Positions 27,635 to 32,241 of a DNA stretch of 32,241 nucleotides are shown piece by piece. The position numbers and the translations under genes are program-made. Source of the DNA: Cyanobacteria bacterium J06626_4 (GTDB lineage: Bacteria; Cyanobacteriota; Cyanobacteriia; Phormidesmidales; Phormidesmidaceae); assembly GCA_038523235.1 (NCBI GenBank), contig JBCBJQ010000066.1, positions 1 to 32,241 on the forward strand, written 5' to 3'. Under the pieces are notes generated by a model. It was given only the letters and a program-made list of their open reading frames with translations. It did no database searches and was not told where the DNA came from. Each line of letters begins with the position of its first letter. The stretch's first letter is position 1.

Positions 27635-30600
27635 TCATACCTCATTGAAGCACTGCAAATATTTGGCTTCTAATGTTTGATAGTCAACTGGGGGGCAAAA
27701 GAGATACCCTTGGCCCAAGATACAATCCATCTCTTTGAGACAGTCCATCTGAGCTTCAGTTTCGATGCCCTCAGCAATCATCACCATGTCAAAGTGATAC
27801 GCTAGCGTTCTAATCGCTTGCACTAAACTCAAATGCTTTTGCCCTTTGACCATTTGCTGAATAAAAGATTGATCGACTTTCAGGACATCAATCGGGAAAC
27901 AGTGTAAATAATTTAAAGAAGAGTAGCCAGTCCCAAAATCGTCAATGCTCAGACTAATCCCTCGATTTTTGAGCCGATGCAAAATTTTAATGGCAGCATC
28001 CGAATTGGTCATGAGGGCACTTTCAGTAATCTCTAATTTGAGATTTTTGCCGCTCAAATGAGTTAGCTGCAAAGTCTCATCAATCCGTTTGAGTAAATGC
28101 GGGTCATTAAACTGCTGAACCGATAAATTGACGCTCATAAACGTATCAGCCGGTAGAATCTTTCGTTGCTGCCACAACTGCATTTGACTACAGGCTTCTT
28201 GCAAAATCCACTCGCCAATTTGCACGATCAGCCCGGTTTCTTCGGCAATGGGGATAAACTGCCCCGGCCCAATCATCCCGTGGGTCGGATGGTGCCATCG
28301 TAGTAAGGCCTCAAAGCCTTTAATTTGTTTAGACTCCAGAGAGAAAATGGGCTGATAATACACAACGAACTCATGTCGTCGCAAAGACTGATGCAAGTCA
28401 GTTTCTAACTGTAAGGACGATCGCACCGCTAGGTGCATCTTGGGCTCAAAGAAGGCATAGCCACTACCGCTGCGTTTGGCGCGATACATGGCAATATCAG
28501 CATCGCGAAGAATGTCCTCTGCCTGGGTGTAACTGGGGTTGCTGAGAACAATCCCGATACTGCAACTGCTGTAAAACTGCTGGTCCTGAATAATGAAGGA
28601 ATTTTGTAATTGCTGTTGAATGCGCCGAGCCACTTGAACCGCCGATCGCGCATTGGGCACATCGGTGAGCAAGATGACAAATTCGTCGCCGCCGAAGCGA
28701 CAGACCAGATCCGTGGCTGCCACACAGCGCCGCAGACTTTGGGCAATGGCTTTGAGCAGTTCATCACCGACCCAATGCCCAAAGGAATCGTTGACCAGTT
28801 TGAAGCGATCGCAATCAACAAAGAATACGGCAAATTTAGAATTGTCTGAACGATGGGGCTGCGCGATTAGCTCGGCCAAAATTGACTCTAGGGAGGCGCG
28901 GTTGGGCAGCCCCGTCAACTTGTCATGCAATGCCTGATAATGCAATTTGTCTTGAGCCTGACGCCGTTCAGAAATTTCTTGCACCAGATTGAGGTTGGTT
29001 CTCTCGAGTTCTTTCGTGCGCTGTTTGACCTCACTTTCTAGCCCTTCATTCAGCAATCGCAGCTGCAGCTCAAACCCTTTACGGTGGGTGATGTCTTCAA
29101 TCAACACCAAAAAAAAGCGCCGCTCATCCTCTAACAAAGGGCTGGGCTGGGCAATGCCCTCTAGAACATGGAACCGCAGTTCGAACCAAGTTGCCCCCTG
29201 TTGGCATTCAATCGGCGTGATGGCAATGCCTTGCAAAAGATTCTGAATAATGGCTTGAAACCGAGCACGATCAAGCCACCGAGGCACCAATGTCCGCGTC
29301 AACCGCGCCCCCAGTTCCATCTCTAAATAGCGCGTCGCTAACGAATTGCAAAACCATACCCGGTCGCGGTCATCCACAGCCAGCATGCCAATGGGGACAC
29401 TTTCAGAAATCGCCGATTGGGTCGCCTCGGCCCAGCCTAAAGCATTCGCTAAAAAGCCTAATTTTTGGACTTCGTTGCCCAAATCTTTCGGAATTGCCCT
29501 GGAGGAAGCCGGGCCTAAGGTGAGCTTGGCTTGACTGTGGTGGTAATGCTGCCAGAGGTCTTCTAACAACTTTTGGAGGGCGAGATTGGCTCTTAATTGC
29601 TGGCTAAAGATGGCACTGATGCCGGTGATGCCTACGAGTAAAAACGGCGGCATCCGCGACAGTAAATAGTCGCCCCGAAACAGCACCACACTGAGACATA
29701 ACCAGCCCATTAAGCTGCCACTCACCATAAGTAGCTGCCACCGCAAAGGGCGGCCAATGAGAAAATAGCTCACCCCTGGCATGGCGACCAACAACAGCAC
29801 CCACAGCCCAGGGGCTGCGATCGGCTGCAGATACTGCTGCTGCAGCAAGTTATCGAGAATGGCTGCCTGCATCACCACGCCATTGGCGGGAGGATTTTGA
29901 TCAAAGGGGGTCAGCAGCGCATCAATGCCCGTGGCCGTCATCCCCACAATGACAATTTTTTCTTGAAAGACTGTGGGTGAGATGCGGCCCGCGATCACGT
30001 CACTTAAAGAATATTGAGGCAGCGTATTGGTCGAACCCGGCCAATTAATCCACAGCGGTTGGTCAAGCGGGGGCAACGCCACGGGCGCTTGAGTGAGCGA
30101 GTAAACCTCGGCCAAAGTCATGCCAAAGGCCGTCTCATTAGCCACCAAAGGTTCAAACGTATGCACCAAACCATCGCTAGCGACCTGCTTGCGAACATGT
30201 CCCGTGGCGATCGCCGCTGAGCGTAAGATGTCAGTCGCCATGAGTAGTCGCCCACTCTCATCGGTGCTAGTGGCAAGCACCACATTACCAGCCTGGGCGA
30301 TCGCTGCGGCGAAGGCTTGATCAGCTGGGCTCGACTCAGCAAACAAAAGATTGAAGCCGATCACCCGAGGGCGCGGCACCGCCAATCGATTGAGCAGCTG
30401 GGTATAAACATCTCGCGGCAGCGGAAACTGACCTAACTCTGAGAGGGTGGCATCGTCGATCGCCACTAAGACCACGCGACTATCCCAAGGCCGCTCGCCG
30501 CGACTTTGAAACAACCAGCGATAGCTCGCATTCTCTAAATCGGCTAGCACTCCGAGCTGACTAAGCACCAAAATAATCAGCGAGGCCAAAACGCCAGGCA

Positions 30601-30646
30601 AAAACCGCCATCGATTTTTCAAGAGATTAGAGAAGCGGAACGTCAT
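27635..30646 (-). CDS. CHASE2-PAS-GGDEF-EAL diguanylate cyclase/phosphodiesterase
   Basis: CHASE2 (VVLVAIDD, NGVVMQA..LDNLL) plus 3 TM; HDKLTGLPNR, RFGGDEF; FEALLRW, DDFGTGYSSL, AEGIET. Confidence 0.93.
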   Translation of the reverse strand: MTFRFSNLLKNRWRFLPGVLASLIILVLSQLGVLADLENASYRWLFQSRGERPWDSRVVLVAIDDATLSELGQFPLPRDVYTQLLNRLAVPRPRVIGFNLLFAESSPADQAFAAAIAQAGNVVLATSTDESGRLLMATDILRSAAIATGHVRKQVASDGLVHTFEPLVANETAFGMTLAEVYSLTQAPVALPPLDQPLWINWPGSTNTLPQYSLSDVIAGRISPTVFQEKIVIVGMTATGIDALLTPFDQNPPANGVVMQAAILDNLLQQQYLQPIAAPGLWVLLLVAMPGVSYFLIGRPLRWQLLMVSGSLMGWLCLSVVLFRGDYLLSRMPPFLLVGITGISAIFSQQLRANLALQKLLEDLWQHYHHSQAKLTLGPASSRAIPKDLGNEVQKLGFLANALGWAEATQSAISESVPIGMLAVDDRDRVWFCNSLATRYLEMELGARLTRTLVPRWLDRARFQAIIQNLLQGIAITPIECQQGATWFELRFHVLEGIAQPSPLLEDERRFFLVLIEDITHRKGFELQLRLLNEGLESEVKQRTKELERTNLNLVQEISERRQAQDKLHYQALHDKLTGLPNRASLESILAELIAQPHRSDNSKFAVFFVDCDRFKLVNDSFGHWVGDELLKAIAQSLRRCVAATDLVCRFGGDEFVILLTDVPNARSAVQVARRIQQQLQNSFIIQDQQFYSSCSIGIVLSNPSYTQAEDILRDADIAMYRAKRSGSGYAFFEPKMHLAVRSSLQLETDLHQSLRRHEFVVYYQPIFSLESKQIKGFEALLRWHHPTHGMIGPGQFIPIAEETGLIVQIGEWILQEACSQMQLWQQRKILPADTFMSVNLSVQQFNDPHLLKRIDETLQLTHLSGKNLKLEITESALMTNSDAAIKILHRLKNRGISLSIDDFGTGYSSLNYLHCFPIDVLKVDQSFIQQMVKGQKHLSLVQAIRTLAYHFDMVMIAEGIETEAQMDCLKEMDCILGQGYLFCPPVDYQTLEAKYLQCFNEV

Positions 30647-31484
30647 ACACGGCCTCGTTGCCCAGCGGTGTGACTACTCTGACCTGAATGCCCACACCAT
30701 AGCGAGCCGGCACCTCATATTCAAACTCGCCGGCCTCGTTAACAGTCTGCAATTCGTCTTCCACATACACCTGGTTGATCGGATCAATTTGCCCGCGTAG
30801 CAGCAAATATCGCAGACTATTGCGAACGACAATCTCAACTTGGGAATCAAATTCAGGGACATCGGGAATCGGTGTCGGTTCTAAAGGCGGCTCACCGGGA
30901 CGAATCAGCGTTTGAAAGCCCCCCTGTACTGTCACCGTCTCAGCCTGTGCGGCGGCATACACCTCACCCGTTTCGGTGGCAATGCCCATTCGCTGGTCAT
31001 CGGGATCGACCAGTACCCCAAACTCAGTGCCTCGGACGCCGCTGACCCCCGAGGGCGTCTGGATTTCCAATTCCGACCCCTCGTGGGTAAAGCGGCGGAG
31101 ATTCAGACTGACGCCCCCCTGAGAGACGTAAAGGCGAGTGATATAACCGTTATCGTCGGCAAACTCTAACCCCCGGACCTCAAGCTCCGTATTATTTTGC
31201 ATAGTAATCGTGCCAACTCCGGTATCCAAAATCAGCGTGCTAGAGGCGTCATTGCCAGTGCGCACCCCATCGCCCACCGCCGTCAGCCGATCGCCAATCG
31301 CCGCCGCCCGACTACCCCTTGGGCTCAAATACCGTACATCACCCACCATCTCTTGAATTGATAGCCAGCGCTCGATGCGAACATCAATGGACTGTTGAGC
31401 CGGCAGCTGAGGCACCAGGACGAGCCACCAGCTGCTGACGACCAGGGCAACCAGGATAAGAACTCTTTTTGGGGTCTTAGGCAT
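30627..31484 (-). CDS. FecR-domain exported protein
   Basis: Signal/TM segment, GDGVRTG..S, IQTPSGVSGVRGTEF; overlaps the CHASE2 gene start by 20 bp. Confidence 0.85.
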   Translation of the reverse strand: MPKTPKRVLILVALVVSSWWLVLVPQLPAQQSIDVRIERWLSIQEMVGDVRYLSPRGSRAAAIGDRLTAVGDGVRTGNDASSTLILDTGVGTITMQNNTELEVRGLEFADDNGYITRLYVSQGGVSLNLRRFTHEGSELEIQTPSGVSGVRGTEFGVLVDPDDQRMGIATETGEVYAAAQAETVTVQGGFQTLIRPGEPPLEPTPIPDVPEFDSQVEIVVRNSLRYLLLRGQIDPINQVYVEDELQTVNEAGEFEYEVPARYGVGIQVRVVTPLGNEAVYDVPLL

Positions 31485-32200
31485 AGCCAATTAAATAAAG
31501 TTTTCTTTAAAGGAGGGAATTTTTGAGTGTATCAAGAGCCAACGTGAGATCTGGCTAGGTTCTTCGTGCAGCAGTTTTAGCAAAGGAGTCTAGAGTGCAA
31601 AAATCTTGGAATTGAGCGAGAAGTTTAACGTCAGTAGATTCACTGAAAGACTGAGCTAGGCTTGCCGTCATTGAACGTAGACACGCCGGAATCAACGTAT
31701 TTTGGTATGGCGTTGATTTCCTATGGTACAACCTTCACCACTGTCCTCAGCGCCAGCCAGCCTTAGGTACCTCTAGTATATTTCCTCCCCAATCTTTTCA
31801 GTATTTTACCGAAATGGCCTTTCAGGTACCCGTCGCGGTCTCTATCAGCAGCCTCTGGGTAATGGTTAGTTTGCCCAAAGCAGGCCAAAAAATTAGGCTT
31901 TTGAGGAAGGCTTGACGGGGTTAATCGATGTCAAAAGGGTGAGAAAATCTGGCCTCTCTCTATCGGCTAAAACGAAGAAAAAAAGCATATGACAGAGCCT
32001 TTAAAGGCCTTCAATCGGGGACATCAGGCAAGATCTAGCTGGTTTCTGGGGGCTACAGACGCAGCGCAACCAAGCCCTTTAGTCAGACTAAGAATTGCGA
32101 AATTGTCTCCAAAAACTTGAGACGGCTGCTGTAAAACCAGCTCGGTTGGTCGAGAGCAATTGATTTATACCAGTTCGACAAATTACAGCTACACATACAA

Positions 32201-32241
32201 GTCGGCTTCGACTTCGCTCAGCCGACGTTCCTTGAGCGGAG
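32201..32241. repeat. REP-like hairpin element (TTCGACTTCGCTCA type), truncated by the window end
   Basis: GTCGGCT-TCGACTTCGCTC-AGCCGAC stem followed by the start of an inverted unit TGAGCGGAG. Confidence 0.5.

Noticed and set aside
1..32241. CRISPR array, tRNA/rRNA, transposase or integrase genes
   Set aside because: No regularly spaced repeat-spacer units, structural RNA signatures or recombinase motifs seen

Overview
Cyanobacterial chromosomal DNA: HIP1 octamer GCGATCGC recurs throughout, with Uma2, AAA_35 and CHASE2 families. A filamentous, moderately GC-rich lineage is my inference. Layout: (1) 354-7215, a six-gene + strand cluster with three ATGA-coupled junctions. It encodes a LodA/GoxA-like quinoprotein split into two genes, a ferritin-like protein, a radical SAM/SPASM maturase, a LodB/QhpG-like flavoprotein and a 58-aa membrane protein, and has an NtcA-type box upstream. 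The second LodA-like subunit carries a Cys/Asp/Trp motif spaced almost exactly like the cross-linked CTQ peptide QhpC. This suggests a hybrid LodA/QHNDH-type quinocofactor system and is the best candidate for an undescribed system here. (2) A Cache-HAMP histidine kinase, a SnoaL-like pseudogene, a membrane-anchored FAD/NAD-2Fe-2S reductase and two tandem AAA_35 NTPases. (3) A fermentation module (adhE-pflB-pflA divergent from an acetate-CoA ligase/GNAT fusion) bracketed by 104-bp direct repeats. (4) A NarL-type regulator, a Uma2 gene with a 24-bp in-frame mini-insertion, and a FecR + CHASE2-GGDEF-EAL pair. All family calls come from motif recognition by eye; no searches were run.
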